Shown: positions 42,785 through 57,162, numbered from the stretch's first letter. The stretch is 64,000 nucleotides of DNA from Eledone cirrhosa (GCA_964016885.1 OZ024741.1:33542001-33606000), one strand, 5' to 3'. A program made the numbers and translations. The notes: generated by a model from the sequence alone, not told the origin.

Positions 42785-43044
42785 CATTTTCACAAGAGAA
42801 GATATCTCGCCCACCGCAAAGTGGGTGGGAGATCACCCCGGCGGACGGGGAGAGTTGACAATTCTGCCACTGTGTTCGGACCTGGTGCATATGTATATAT
42901 TCATTTACCTGTAAAAGATATTCAGCTCTGAATATTTAAATATTAGGGCTCTCTTAAATCGATTTAATCCCATCTTTCTGCAAATATTTATGTTGTGATA
43001 ACATTAGAAATACTTTAATTTCATATGTGTGTATAAAAAGAGTG

Positions 43045-43121
43045 AGATTTTAATATATTTGTATGTTTTTCTCTTTTCAGGTAAGTCAATCATTTACGTG
43101 TTAATTAATTTATAGGTAAGT
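43045..43121 (+). promoter_or_regulatory. Candidate recursive splice site (ratchet point) with 35-nt RS-exon 43081-43115
   Basis: Branch-like TTTAAT, then TGTTTTTCTCTTTTCAG|GTAAGT, then TTTATAG|GTAAGT 35 nt later, in non-repetitive sequence. Confidence 0.65.
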
Positions 43122-43194
43122 GTTTCATTTATTCTGTTTAATTATGTATTTATTTTTTTGTTCCCATTGTACAATTCATTTAAGGTTAACTTTG

Positions 43195-43334
43195 ATTAAC
43201 TTTGCCTTTCATTCTTACGGGGTCGATAAAATAAAGTACCAGTAATACACTGGGGTCGATTTAATCGACTTTCCCCTCCCCTAAAATTTCTGGCCTTGTG
43301 CCTATATAAGAAACCATTATTATTATTATTATTG

Positions 43335-43385
<51 letters not shown>
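43195..43385 (+). mobile_element. SINE A 3' half plus (TTA)n tract
   Basis: Family body followed by a (TTA)n run at 43316-43385. Confidence 0.85.
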
Positions 43386-43386
<1 letters not shown>

Positions 43387-46300
43387 AGCTGCATTTATCT
43401 TGCTTTATGTTCATACGAGTTATCACCAAGTCACAACCAGTGACCTCAAGAGACAACAAGGTCCGCCATGTTCAAGAAAGAACATACATACTCACACGTG
43501 CATCTTTAGTGTTTAGACTTGTGATGTACTTATATTGACAGAATCTTCCTTAGTATATGGGCAGTTCCCATTAGTACTATCTTTTGTATTTCTCCTATAC
43601 GCGGGTTTCTGGGATTTGCGATAAGTAATCATTAGACCCCTTAGGTATCATTCCTAGAGCGCCTACAACCACTGGTATTGTTTTAGTTCATTTTTCCAAT
43701 TTCTATCTCCAGGTCCTTATACTTGCTCAATTTTTCAAATGTTTTTATAGATACATTCTTGTCTATTGGAACGGACATAACAATTAGCAGGCATACCCTC
43801 TTTTTAAAGTCCTTCAATATTATATCAGGTCTATTTGCATCTATTTTTCGGTCTGTTTGGATGCTAAAGTTCCACAAGATTGAGATATGATCTTTTTCAA
43901 GTATGGGAGGTGGTTGATGCTCCCACCAATTCTTTTGATGGGGCAGGTCAAAATGCTTACACATTATCCAATGTATGTATTGCGCAGCTCTGTCATGCCT
44001 GTTTAGGTATTCGGTTGGAGCTATAGGACTGCACATTGAAATTATATGATCAATGGTCTCTGGTTGTTTTTTACATACACGGCATAATGGGCTGCATCCA
44101 TTTTTTATTATGTTGGCTTGGTAATTTTTTATTGGCAGACACTGATCTTGTGCTGATATAATCAGTCCTTCAGTCTCCGATTTCAGTCCAGAGGATGCCA
44201 ACCACTGATGGGTTAAAGTTTTGTCAACATCAGGATTGTTAGCTCTTTCTGGGTATTTTCCATACAGAGGCTTTTCTTGCCATTTCTTAGCCAGTTTCTG
44301 TAGCAGTTCTTTCTTTGCAGTTACTTTTACCTGCTTTGCTTTTTCTGTGTTTTCCATTTCAGCAGTAAATGGGACTTCTGGAATTTGTAGTCCATTACTG
44401 TATCTTTGTGCATCTTTTGTAATGGAGTATGATCTTTTGATGCTTTCGTGTTTCAAAACGAGTTTGATCATCCAATCATGTGATTCCCTTAGATATGTAG
44501 ATAATCCAATTGTTGCAGTTTTCAACGCAATGTCTAACTGGATTAACCCACGTCCTCCTTCTTTCCTAGGGAGATATATTCTATCTGTATCTGCCTTAGG
44601 GTGATGCATTCTGTGCATGGTTAAGAATTTTCGAATTTTTGTATCGAGCCTCCGGATCTCTGTGCTTGACCAGTTGATGACATTGTAACTGTAGGTTACT
44701 ACTGGTATGGCAAGCGTGTTTATGGCATCGATCCTATTCCTTGCATTCAATTCCGTTCTTAAGATTGCTCTTACTCTGCGGTAACATTCCTTCCTTATCC
44801 TTTCCCTCATTGTCGAGTCCTTGATTCCGTCTCCTTCACAAACACCTAGATATTTGTAAGTTTTTTCTTGATCAAGTTCTCTTATCACATTCCCTCGATC
44901 AAGATTAATGTCTGAACTCTTCAGCAGCTTTCCTCTGGTGAACGTTGCTTTGGCGCATTTATCTAGTCCAAACTCCATTTTAATGTCATCACTGAACTGC
45001 TCCACAGTGGATAATAGCCCTTGCAATTGTTCATCATTTTTTGCAAATAGTTTCAGGTCATCCATGTAGAACAAGTGATTAATGGTTTTGTCATAGACTT
45101 TATATCCATGTTTTGTTTCATTGAGCATTTTACTTAGTATAAGTGCGATGCAGAATAAAAGCGGTGATAAAGAGTCACCCTGAAAAATTCCACAATTAAT
45201 ATTAACTTCTCCAGCTTCCAGTGATTTTATTTCACTATTCAAAAGGAGTGTCGTTTTCCATGTCTTCATACTGAATGACAAAAACCTCCTGACAACGGGG
45301 GATATTTTGAAAATCTCTAAACATTTTTCAATCCAACTGTGTGGCAAACTATCGAATGCTTTTTTTATAATCTATCCAAGCAATTGATAGATTTTTGTGT
45401 CTATTATGACAATCTTCCAGTATCATTTTGTTAACCAAAAGCTGATCCTTACAGCCATATGAGCCTCGTTTACACCCTTTCTGCTCAATGGGAAATAGGT
45501 CATTTGTTATCAGGTGGTCATATGTATATTCAGTTAGGACTGATGTTAAAATTTTATACATTGTGGTCAAGCAAGTTATCGGTCTGTAATTTTTGGGATT
45601 GTTTGTCTCATCATTCTTCGGAAGAAGGAATGTAATGCCGTTAACTAGCCATGATGGTATCTTTTCTGGCTCCTTAACTATTTCATTGTAAAGTTGGGCT
45701 AACAACTCATGAGACTCTGTGAAGGCATTTATCCAAACATTTTGTATTTTGTCTTTTCCTGGGGATTTCCATTTGCTGGTTTTTCTTAGAGCCAAGAGCA
45801 ACTGTTCAACTGTTATATATTCCCATATTTGTTCTTCAAGGTGAGCTGTATCTTTCATTTGTCTGTCTATCCATGGGGCATGTATGTTATGAACTTTTTC
45901 TTCGGCCCAGATCTTTTCCCAGAATTCTTGCACTTCCTCCTTGGGTGGTATTGATTTAGCAGTTATTGTTGACTTACCAATTTTTCTGTAGAAGTTTCTT
46001 TGGTTGTTTTTGAACATATTATTGTCCTTATAGAATCTAGATCGTTTTTCAAGGCGCCTTATACGAGCAGCTTTGGCCGACACTTTTTGTTTGATTATTT
46101 CTATCAGCACGTCTATGTCACTTGTTGATTTTATACTGTACTTTCTTTTCAATTTTCTAGGTTTAGTTTGTTTAACATGTTCACCTACTTTATAGCTTAT
46201 TAAAATTTCTATGTCAGATCGGAGAAGGTTTATTTGGCGATTGATGTTCTCTTGCCAAGTAGATTTCTTGTGGGAATTCCTTTGTTTTTTCATCTTCACT

Positions 46301-47345
46301 CCACATAAGTGAGTGGTGACTTTAGCCGATGCATAATAGAGATGATTTAAATCAGTAATGTTTAGTTTGTTTGTGATGATAATGTTTTTGAGAATTATGT
46401 TAGTCTTGTGTATTATCTTTTGGTTCTGTTTGGAGTTCTGGATCTTAAGGAGGGTGTCTCGTTGCCCCATGTCAGATTCTTTCATTTTCATCCATTCGAT
46501 CATAATTTCATCCTTCAAGTTGGCAAGTTCATTCTCATTCATTTCTTTATCATTTACGATCTCATTATTTTCATTTGGAGTTTCATCCTGAGCATGCACT
46601 CCCTCCACTTTTTCGATCCTTTCTTTAATTTGTTCTGTTGCCAGTGATTCCGCCCCAACCCTGGGATTCGAAGTGTTACAATTTACCTCGTTTTCACTGA
46701 CACATGTTTCCTTTTCCCTTCACTGACTTTGTGCTAATAGCTTGATCTGATCAATTTCTATATCAGTTAGTAACTTTTTTTTTACAATATTTCTTCGTAT
46801 ATTGGCTAGTTTGTTACTGTCAATATAGCCTCTGTTTTCGGGATGTTTCTTTTTCCAGTTGATATATGTCTGTTCTGTATTCGATGTAGTGATGGGTAGT
46901 ACATGGCAGTGTAGAAAGCCTCTAGGACTTCTTTATTATCTTCCCTTGACCATTTTTCTCTCTTTTTCTTTGGATTTCTTGGTGGTGAGCGTGGAGGGCC
47001 AAGAGTAGGAGTATTCCGGTTATGGGAGGTCCCCAGCTCCGAAGTGATGGGAAGGTTTGAACCATTAGCTGATTTTTCGACCCCAGTCTGGTTCCTCTCT
47101 GAGGGACGCGGCCCTTTTTTACCCGGGTGACGGCCGATCCGGTATGAGATTTTATCATTAGACATTTACTTTATTTTGTCGCGTTTTATCCTTATCCGCC
47201 AAGGGGTAATCATTTCGTGTTACCACTTCTAGAACAAGTGTCAACCAAGACTAGAGGGGTCGTTCACCCCTAAAGACACGGCTATTCCCCGCCGGCCGTC
47301 ATCCCGGTATTTCTTGGTCACGGGGTTTTCTTTTTTGTTGTTTTT
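43386..47345 (-). mobile_element. Near full-length R4/Dong-type non-LTR retrotransposon (RT plus restriction-like endonuclease)
   Basis: WKSPGKD, NYRPITCL, EQKGC, WIDYKK-AFDS, GIFQGDSLSP, YMDD, CRVC..H..C, RHD, RPDI..KYKDL; 3' end abuts (TAA)n. Confidence 0.93.
43530..47165 (-). pseudogene. Disrupted single RT-RLE ORF of the R4/Dong element
   Basis: Pieces 46806-47165, 45349-46608 and 43683-45347, plus a C-terminal TIPVVVGALG..ILRKILSI*; several frameshifts. Confidence 0.85.
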
Positions 47346-47409
47346 TTAAATTGTTATTATCATGAGTGGTTCCTTAATGTGAGCATTGCGTGGCTTAAGA
47401 ATGAAATTA

Positions 47410-47469
47410 TTAATAATTGTCTCCACTCCAGGCACAAGGCCAGCAATTACCCAGTGCATTATTATTATT

Positions 47470-47501
<32 letters not shown>

Positions 47502-47675
47502 CGGTAGAGGGTGAGACGCCATGCTTTCTAGCATAGTTACGTCCCTTTACGGTCAGAGTTCAAATCCCGTCGAGGTTAACTTTGCCTTTCATCCTTACAG
47601 GGTCGATAAAATAAAGTACCAGTAATGTACTGGTTAATTGCTGGCCTTGTGTCAAAAGTAGAAACAATTATTATT
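47410..47675. mobile_element. Two SINE A pieces in divergent orientation around an (ATT)n tract
   Basis: 47410-47460 (-) and 47500-47675 (+). Confidence 0.8.
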
Positions 47676-47809
47676 GAGTTAATCTTAAAGTAAAATTAGT
47701 CATTCATATATGATATATATTGATATATATTTTTTTTCAATAGTGATCGTAGCTACGCAACCTGTCACACGATATCATCAGACAGCATTTTATGTAATAA
47801 TTTTAGGTT

Positions 47810-47990
47810 TCCGAGGCAATCCGATCTACGGGCTTCTTGCTGGCTATTTATTTAGACCTCGACAATCCAGCCAGCGTCCTGGAAATTGCACACATTCATG
47901 GACAGTGCGTGCAAAATGAGGACGGCCCCATCTTGCATGAATACGAAGTCATTGTTGTCCCAAGTGGTTACAGTAGACCCAAAGTGTCAA
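47810..47990 (-). pseudogene. Tc1/mariner-superfamily transposase fragment
   Basis: Minus strand reads DFVFMQDGA-PHFARTV..QFPGRWL..RG..PARSP, with a frameshift and a stop. Confidence 0.75.
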
Positions 47991-48454
47991 TACCGTATTT
48001 CTTTCCATGTGCGTATATATATGTGTGTGTGTATGTGTGTGTATGTATGGGTGGATGTATGTGTGTGTGTGTGGGGGGGGGTATGCGTGCGTGCGTATAT
48101 ATGTATATGTATGTCATATGATGCACTCCCTGCTGGTGAAGCTTATTAATTCACGACCATATATGACGAATGGCATATGATACAATAAATAGGGTTTATG
48201 TTTCAGAAATGTCATCTCTCTGAATAATTAAACATGTAGAACAATTTAACTCTAAAACAATATAATAGGTACACATATATACATATATACATACATATAC
48301 ATACATACATACATACATACATACATACATACATACATACATACATACATACATACATACATACATACATACATACACATGCACACACCGCACTTCGTCG
48401 AGTGCTCCAGCCTGCATACTGAGGTGTTGGTATACAACCAACATAAACTCAAAA

Positions 48455-48493
<39 letters not shown>

Positions 48494-48777
48494 TCTTACA
48501 TGTTGATTAACTTGGGTTACGTAAGCAACACATCGATTAGAGAATAATGATGCCACTCTCATTAAGCACTCAACGTGAGGTATTCTATTCCAAATATAAT
48601 TTGTCAGTCAGTGATGGAGCATATGTAGAATAACGACATTGCGAATTTCAATGTAGATGTTTATAGCCTCTTTATCAATAAAGCTGTAATACACATTTCA
48701 ATGACAATCATGGGTACGTGATGGTTCAATCACGCAACCACTCCCCAGACATCATCAGACAGCATCTTATATATATA

Positions 48778-49664
<887 letters not shown>

Positions 49665-51307
49665 GAGAGAGAGAGTAATATATAAGGTTACAGTGTAATA
49701 GTTCACTATTTATATATATTATTGACTTTCTGTTTTCACGCAATAAAGTGGCAAAGTTTTAATCGAGACCTGGAAGAAAAATATTTATTTTACATCCAGT
49801 GTAAATAACATTCGTTCCTTTACATTTTTATTGGAAACTTTTACGTTCAAATTATTGTTTTGTATGAAGTATCTAACATGGTGGTGACGGCAGTCAATAT
49901 GCCATTGACTTCCCATATGACATCATAAGGACTTGGTGACGTGTAATTATCACACAGTTTCTATCATTGCAATAGAATAAACTGATTCCAGAAGGAGGAC
50001 TTTGGCGTTGGAATAACAATTTAAATGGCCTTCATAGAGAATCGTAATCGTTTCAGCGATTTTATTGTTTAGATAGAGTCTCATGGTCTTGGCTAAACTC
50101 TGTTGTTATTGTTTAAATTCAATTCAATCTTGATGGAGTATACCTGTGATCAAAAGCATTCCAGACATGCATATCTCGTCTTTTTACTATGTTCAGGAAA
50201 TCCATTATCAAATGCACCTGCTTCTAAGACAGTGTGACATGAGTTGAGGAAAATTCGCTGCTATTTCTAGCAGCACTAGTGACAACGCTGACTCAAGGTT
50301 CCTTGTTCTTGTTGTTTATTTTTAAGTAAGAACCTGATTCAGTAGGTTTATAACCCAAAGTGTTTCAACCATGACCATACCAACATATATCCTTCCATGG
50401 TGCATATCTAGGACTGTCTACACGGTTTGAACTAGTCCTTGGGTGTCTTTAGTGGAGTCTACTCTGTTACAATCAAGCATTCAAACCAGTTCTCTGAAAA
50501 GGATCATGGGCATTGCATTTCCTTCCGTGGTTAAACAGTACAAAACATCCTTATTTTTTGTGAAGATGATAGAAAGTTGAGCGGCTCCCAACAGTCTTGC
50601 GTTCTCTCTATGTTTACGTTATTATTAAATGTAGGTACCACAGGTGTGCAGTGATTTTGGAAGTGCTACTTTGAGCTGCATATGTTAGGGTGTGTGCATT
50701 AGTGCGAATGTGTAAATAGGATCTCTTTACACTATTTCTTTGCCTCGCAGCTAGATGCAGACAATAATACAATCAACTGGTATATGAACATGCTGGTTAT
50801 TATTACCAACACTCTTCTCTAACACAAAGTAGAGAGCCTCGCTTTCAGTTGAATCACTCAGTCACTTCACCCTCAATCCCTAACCATCTTTCTCTCCATC
50901 CCATTCTGTCATATGCACAGGTTAGTCTTCATATATATACATGTGTATCTGTGCGTATGTTTGTGCTTGTGTATGTATGTGTGTGCTTGTGTATGTATAT
51001 ATGTTTGTGCTTGTGTATGTATGTATGTATGTGTGTGTGATTGGGTATGTATGTATGTTTGTGTGTGTGTATGCTTGTGTATATATATGTGTGTGTGCTT
51101 GTATATGTATGTGTGTGCTTGTGTATGTGTGTGTGTGTGTAATACATCCATATTTATTGCCACGACGTTTTATCGTCCAATCGAAAGATGCCGACAAATA
51201 TCAAAGAAGGAATGTTGTCTCCAGAGATAAATTGGGTGTGATATGAAATATATCTTTAGCTGACAGCTGCCACGTATCAGGGAATCAGATAAAATGGATA
51301 ATTGGGC

Positions 51308-51353
<46 letters not shown>

Positions 51354-51571
51354 TTGAGATGCTAACTACGTAGGTGGTAAGTTGCGATTGTCGACGAGCA
51401 GGTTCGATACGTAGATATAGAGTGAGATGTACAAACAGTTATATGCATATATATAGGAAAAGAGTCAGGACCCACTCTACTACACTGATTATTGTATTGA
51501 GTACTCTGGTGCGTTGTGGTCCACCTGGTTTTTTTACCACACCCTCTTCGTTATATATATATATATATATA

Positions 51572-51782
51572 TTTCGTTTCTGAATTTGTTTAGCAAGATT
51601 CTTTATCTGAAAACGTGTGTTGAAACCGATATAGTTATGCTTTGGGAGGGCCATGTTGCCAATAAGAAACACACGCACCAGTTGCTTTCACTCCAATTTA
51701 TTATAAATTTAATTTATAATAAATTGGAGTGAAAGCAACTGGTGCGTGTGTTTCTTATTGGCAACATGGCCCTCCCAAACCA

Positions 51783-51791
<9 letters not shown>
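51572..51791. mobile_element. Fold-back element, loop-less palindrome 51629-51791 (family of 6865-7258)
   Basis: Centre at 51710; about 81-bp arms; flanked by (TA)n. Confidence 0.9.
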
Positions 51792-51835
<44 letters not shown>

Positions 51836-51993
51836 GATAACAATTTATCGTTATAGGTAATCCAGTTAGAGGTTGTGAGTACTCTGTGTCGTGGATAGTT
51901 TTAACGTACGGCTTTGTTTGACTCAACAAGAGGTTTCCATAGTTAGGCTGCGAGTTTGCGAGAATTTCTATGCATGTTATACTTGGAGTAATA

Positions 51994-52427
51994 ATAGTGA
52001 AAGAATGAAGAGTAACATAGTCGTCTGTACAACAAGGTGCTTTATTTCAGGTATTAACAATTGTTTCATTGATCAGGTTAGTCTAGAAGCCGCTAATCGC
52101 TCGAAGTTGCGTCACTCGATCTCCATTACATTATTTACCTTTGATCAAATCCTCAGAATACAAAAATAATTCATACATGACATGATATATATAAAGAAAT
52201 AGCGTATAATCAAAATAATAACAGCAATAATAAAATATATGATAAATACGTAAAGATGTTACAGGTGTAATAGGTAAAGAAGTTACATAACGTAATGGAG
52301 ATCGAGTGACGCAACTTCGAGCGATTAGGAGCCTTTAGACTCACCTGATCAATGAAACAATTGTTAATACCTGAAATAAAGACCTTTGTTGTTCAGCCGA
52401 CCGTGTTACTCTTCAATCTTTCACTAT
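51994..52427. repeat. Inverted repeat (about 140-bp diverged arms, about 150-bp spacer) in a TA context
   Basis: TAATCGCTCGAAGTTGCGTCACTCGATCTCCATTAC and its exact reverse complement. Right arm has CTGATCAAT-GAAA-CAATTG-TT..AATAAA. Confidence 0.85.
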
Positions 52428-52578
52428 ATATATATATATAAGTGAATAAATGAAGGAGCCGCTAGCCGTTATAACAAATTATTTATACAATTCACACATA
52501 GCTTCGGCTACCGGCATTTCGTAATCTGTATTGCACCTCTCTGTATCCCTCTATCTCCTCCCCCTACGATACATATAT

Positions 52579-52668
<90 letters not shown>

Positions 52669-52749
52669 GTGTGTGTGTGTTTTCGTAACTGCTGGTAGAA
52701 TAGTAAGGGCATCGTAGTGATATAGGGCGTTCCTTGGGCATTATTATAA

Positions 52750-53125
52750 CTCCCGCCGAGGTTCACTTTGCCTTTCATCCTTACGGGGTCGATAAAATAA
52801 AGTACCAGTAATGCACTGGGATAATTGCTGGCCTTGTGTCAAAAGAAGAAACAATTATTATAAACCTGATGGAGCCGATCTCAGCTCCAGATATTATACA
52901 CAGCCGATTTCTTCCAGAGAAGGAGAGTGGGTGATTGGAAAAAAGTAAGAAAAAATATAGAGTAAGAACCAAGCCCAGTACTTGATTGGTACTTTTGTTA
53001 TCAACTGCAAAAGGATGAAAAACAAAGTTGACCTTGGCGGGATTTGAACTGAGAGCCCAGAAAGCTGGATCGAATACTGCAATATATTCTAAACAAAGTT
53101 CCATCGGCATTGCCAATTCATCACC
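52750..53125. mobile_element. SINE A pieces (52750-52860 +, 52975-53125 -)
   Basis: Family body motifs. Confidence 0.75.
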
Positions 53126-53703
53126 AATGTGTGTGTGTGTCTGTGCGAGCGTGCGTGTATGTGTGTGCTTGTGCTTCTTCCTGCTCTGATTGTTCATTAT
53201 TTAAGATGATCTCAGACGTTAATTAATCCAGTTTGTTAATTAATAGGTTAATTTAATGCAAATAAGTGATTCATACCAAATTGGGAAGGTGAGTCTCTCG
53301 TTATTTCGTTACATCCTTCTATATTTTTACTTTAGAATAACTCGGCAGACACTCGTCTTCATCTTAGATTCTCCTGTTTTACAAACTCCCATTAAGATGT
53401 TGTCATGCGAGATATCTTACTTTCTTTGACAGGAATCTCACAATTGTTGTTGTAGGATTTTTCACATTGGTTTGTACTTGTTGTTGTTTACAACTGTTAG
53501 TGATGGAAGTGTTTCTGTCGCCTTTCTGTATAAAAGGCCAAGTCACTTGTCACACTGTATTTACAATTTTTCCCTGCTATCCCTTTTCTGAAAGGTGGCG
53601 GTGGTGAAGAATCACTTAACCTTTAACTTTACAAAATACTTCAGCAATGCCGGTATAATCACTGCCTCCATCCCTCTCGTTATCCCCATCTCTCATTATT
53701 GCA

Positions 53704-53845
53704 CAGTTACGTCCCTTTACGGACTGAGTTCAAATCCCGCCGAGGTTAACTTCGCCTTTGATCCTTACGGGGTCGATAAAATAAAGTACCAGTAATGCAC
53801 TGGGTAATTGCTGGCCTTGTGCCAAAAGTAGAAACAATTATTATA
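53704..53845 (+). mobile_element. SINE family A
   Basis: B-box and conserved body. Confidence 0.85.
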
Positions 53846-53854
53846 AGCAAATGA

Positions 53855-54050
53855 GGGCTCAAGCGCTGGCCACCCGCGACCCCGGCGGACAAAATAGAGA
53901 ACGCGTTTTCCTGGAGGATGGTGAGAGCGATATCTTGGAAGAGCCATTCCATCTCGTGAGACTCACACCTGCGGGTAGCCAACTCCGTGCGATGGTGGTG
54001 AGTAGGGAGGTGGTCCTAGGGTCAAGGCGACCAGAAATTTCCACTTGCCA
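53855..54050 (-). mobile_element. CRE-clade-like non-LTR element C-terminal fragment
   Basis: VAVEISGRL..LLTTIAR / EWLFQDIALTILQENAFSIL resembles the CRE RLE tail (E..G..; LFQR.S..IQRGNA..IL). Confidence 0.5.
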
Positions 54051-54399
54051 CTTATTTTTCGTTTGTTGGTTTTATGTCACACTTTAGGAATATCAGTCGT
54101 TGTTATTTAGCCCTAGGTCAACCCTTATCCTGCAGATCTGTGATCAAAAGCATTGCATCTTTGGCCGTACCATCTGTTCTGTGTCTTCTAGGTACAAGGA
54201 CTTCAAAATAACAGTATCCAACATTTCTGTTTTAAGGATATAATTTGTAGGTTATTTTGCTGGTATTTCTTGCATGTCGAACAACCGCGTGATCTTCCTT
54301 AGTGATCTGAGTTATGTCAGTTGAAGGATTAGGAATTGTACTGAAGGTAGAAAGAGAATTAATAAATAGTTTGAAGAAAAACGTCGAACAAAATTCTGA

Positions 54400-54431
<32 letters not shown>

Positions 54432-54451
54432 TTAGTCTTCAATTTTATTAT

Positions 54452-54544
<93 letters not shown>

Positions 54545-54829
54545 TGTGTATGTATGTATGTATATATGTATATATGTATGAATGTCTGTAAGTATGTATG
54601 TAATGTATGTATGAATGTATGAATGTATGAAAGTATGTATGAATGTATGTATGTATTATGTAAGTATGTATGCAAAATCTAAACAGAAATACATAGCAAA
54701 TGACACAGTACAGTAAATAGAGGAGACTGGGCAGTAGCAGAAACGGGAAAAAAATTGTCAGGCAAAAAACAGGTCTATTTACGTCGCCATTTTTTGGACG
54801 TGTGTGTGTGTGTGGGTGTGTGTGTGTGT

Positions 54830-55265
54830 ATCATCATCATAATAGGTTTCACGTTCCCTTTTCCATGCATGGGTTGGACCTGTCTTCTGCAACACAGCTT
54901 TCCTTCATTTGTCATGTTCCTTCATTTTCTCTGTAAGGTTCAGCATTCTGACACCAGCTTTAACCCCTTCTCAAGGTTTTCTTCAGTCTTCTTAGCCAGC
55001 AACTTCCTTCAAATTCGCTCGCCTGCCACTCCTTCACCCACCAGTCATCATCCATTTGCATCATCTTACCGCACAAGCTCAATTTTCTCTCTTATACACT
55101 TCTTTTGATTCCTCTTTTACCCAGTTTTCTCTCAAATCATCTATACTTCTGTAATCATGCACACATTGAATATCCAGCAGAGCAGAATAACCTCGTTTTT
55201 ATTTCAAACCTTTCTACATTCACTGCATTCAGTGTCCAAGTATCACTACCATGCAATAAGCTTTT
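54830..55265 (-). mobile_element. Old RTE-like LINE 3' fragment
   Basis: Minus strand LLHGSDTWTL; (GAT)n tail at 54830. Confidence 0.6.
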
Positions 55266-55294
55266 CTATATTTAGTTTTTCTAAATGATATTAG

Positions 55295-55480
55295 TTGGAT
55301 TGGCAACATCGGTAGAAAGTCGGATCATGCTTTTCAGCATAGTTACGTCCCTTTACGGTCTGAGTTCAAATCTCGCCGAGGTTAACTTTGTCTTTCATCC
55401 TTACGGGGTCGACAAAATAAAGTACCAGTAATACACTTGGATAATTGGTGGCCTTGTGCCAAAAGTAGAAACAATTATTA
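55295..55480 (+). mobile_element. SINE family A
   Basis: Full-length consensus match. Confidence 0.85.
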
Positions 55481-55625
55481 CCACTAGTATCTAGAAATAT
55501 ATTAATTAACAAGTTTGTAATATATTTTGATTGACATTGAATAAATTTAGCTCTCCACAGAATTAAGGTCACTTGGAATATCTGGCATGTCTTCAGCCAA
55601 TAATTATCCCCCATATATATATGTC

Positions 55626-55703
<78 letters not shown>

Positions 55704-55837
55704 AAATATATATATATATCATATATATATATAGACACAGAGAGAGAGATTCACGCGTGTATCTTTGTGTGCGTAATGTTAGATTTAGAGAAGGTTGTGT
55801 ATATGTATATATATGAATACATATATAAATATGTATG

Positions 55838-55872
<35 letters not shown>

Positions 55873-56091
55873 GTATCTATTTATGTATGTATGTATGTAT
55901 ATATGTACATTTATAGAAGTGTGTATGTTTGACTCATACTTGATACATTATACTGTTGCTATATAAAAAAAAGGTATATTTACTGTAGTACTTTTTTTTT
56001 TGCTGTCGTAATATAAAGAAGCCATTTTCTTATCCTATATTATGGGAAACTCCACATGATAAACCAATGAGAAAGTAAGGAATATATGGTT

Positions 56092-56291
56092 NNNNNNNNN
56101 NNNNNNNNNNNNNNNNNNNNNNNNNNNNNNNNNNNNNNNNNNNNNNNNNNNNNNNNNNNNNNNNNNNNNNNNNNNNNNNNNNNNNNNNNNNNNNNNNNNN
56201 NNNNNNNNNNNNNNNNNNNNNNNNNNNNNNNNNNNNNNNNNNNNNNNNNNNNNNNNNNNNNNNNNNNNNNNNNNNNNNNNNNNNNNNNNNN
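56092..56291. other. Assembly gap (200 N)
   Basis: Direct. Confidence 1.
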
Positions 56292-57162
56292 TTTCGTGTT
56301 TATTTTGTTCTCCCTCCATTCTTACAAATATCTAGTTTGATCTGTTTCCTGTGCTTGTTTGTTGTTTGTTGTTTGTTGGTTGTTTTTTTACCTCGTCTCG
56401 TTAGCTTGGTTCTGTTTCTGGTTGTGGTTCTGATCTGATATCAGCTGCTCTACAATGCTGGAATACGTTGTTTAGGATGCAGGATAAAAGTTCACTTTTA
56501 GTTTATGTTGTAATTGCTGAGAATCTGTTGAAGTAAGAAGACCTACTACATCGCTATATCGCTACATCACTACAAATAACATTACATTTACTACCCTATT
56601 TTTTTTTACATTTTTCAATATACTACTGATTTTGATATCAGTAGATTACTAAATAATTGATTAACAATATTCCAAAGATACCATTGCAGGCAGCTGGGAG
56701 TATAAATACATTCCTTGAAAGGAAATATATAAATTTCAAAAAAAAGGAACATAAATTAATAAGGACCAGTTGAATTTGTTATATTCCCACCAGGCGATAC
56801 CAGCTATTTTGAACATTTATACAAGAGCAACTCTGTCTATCTCAAGTGTGCTCTTATCTGGAAGAAAGTGGCAATTATATCATTTCAAAGCTTTCCAATG
56901 TTCCCTTTAATGAAACGGACAGAATAAATGTTGATATCTAACTTGATGTCCCCTCCGGAAGAGGGTTTTCATGACCACGTAAGAGGGTATATTTATTAGT
57001 AAATGGTAAAATATATACAACAAATGAGTAAGTGAATTGCAGTAGATGGTTTCCAGTCCAGTCAGACTGAAAGTACAAATAAAAAAAATTGTTAGTTTGC
57101 TTTGTAACAATAGCATATCCAAGTTTTCGGATAAATCAACTTACTTTAACTTTGACCTTATT

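Noticed and set aside
42895-42930. Minus-strand TCTTTTACAG|GTAAAT, a second AG|GT junction
   Set aside because: Shorter pyrimidine tract with upstream AGs, weaker donor and no strong downstream donor; plausibly chance.
47807-48121. Possible + strand host exon (TTTTAG|GTTTCC..LLAIYLDLDNP)
   Set aside because: The opposite strand encodes recognisable Tc1/mariner motifs (FMQDGA, PGRW, PARSP).
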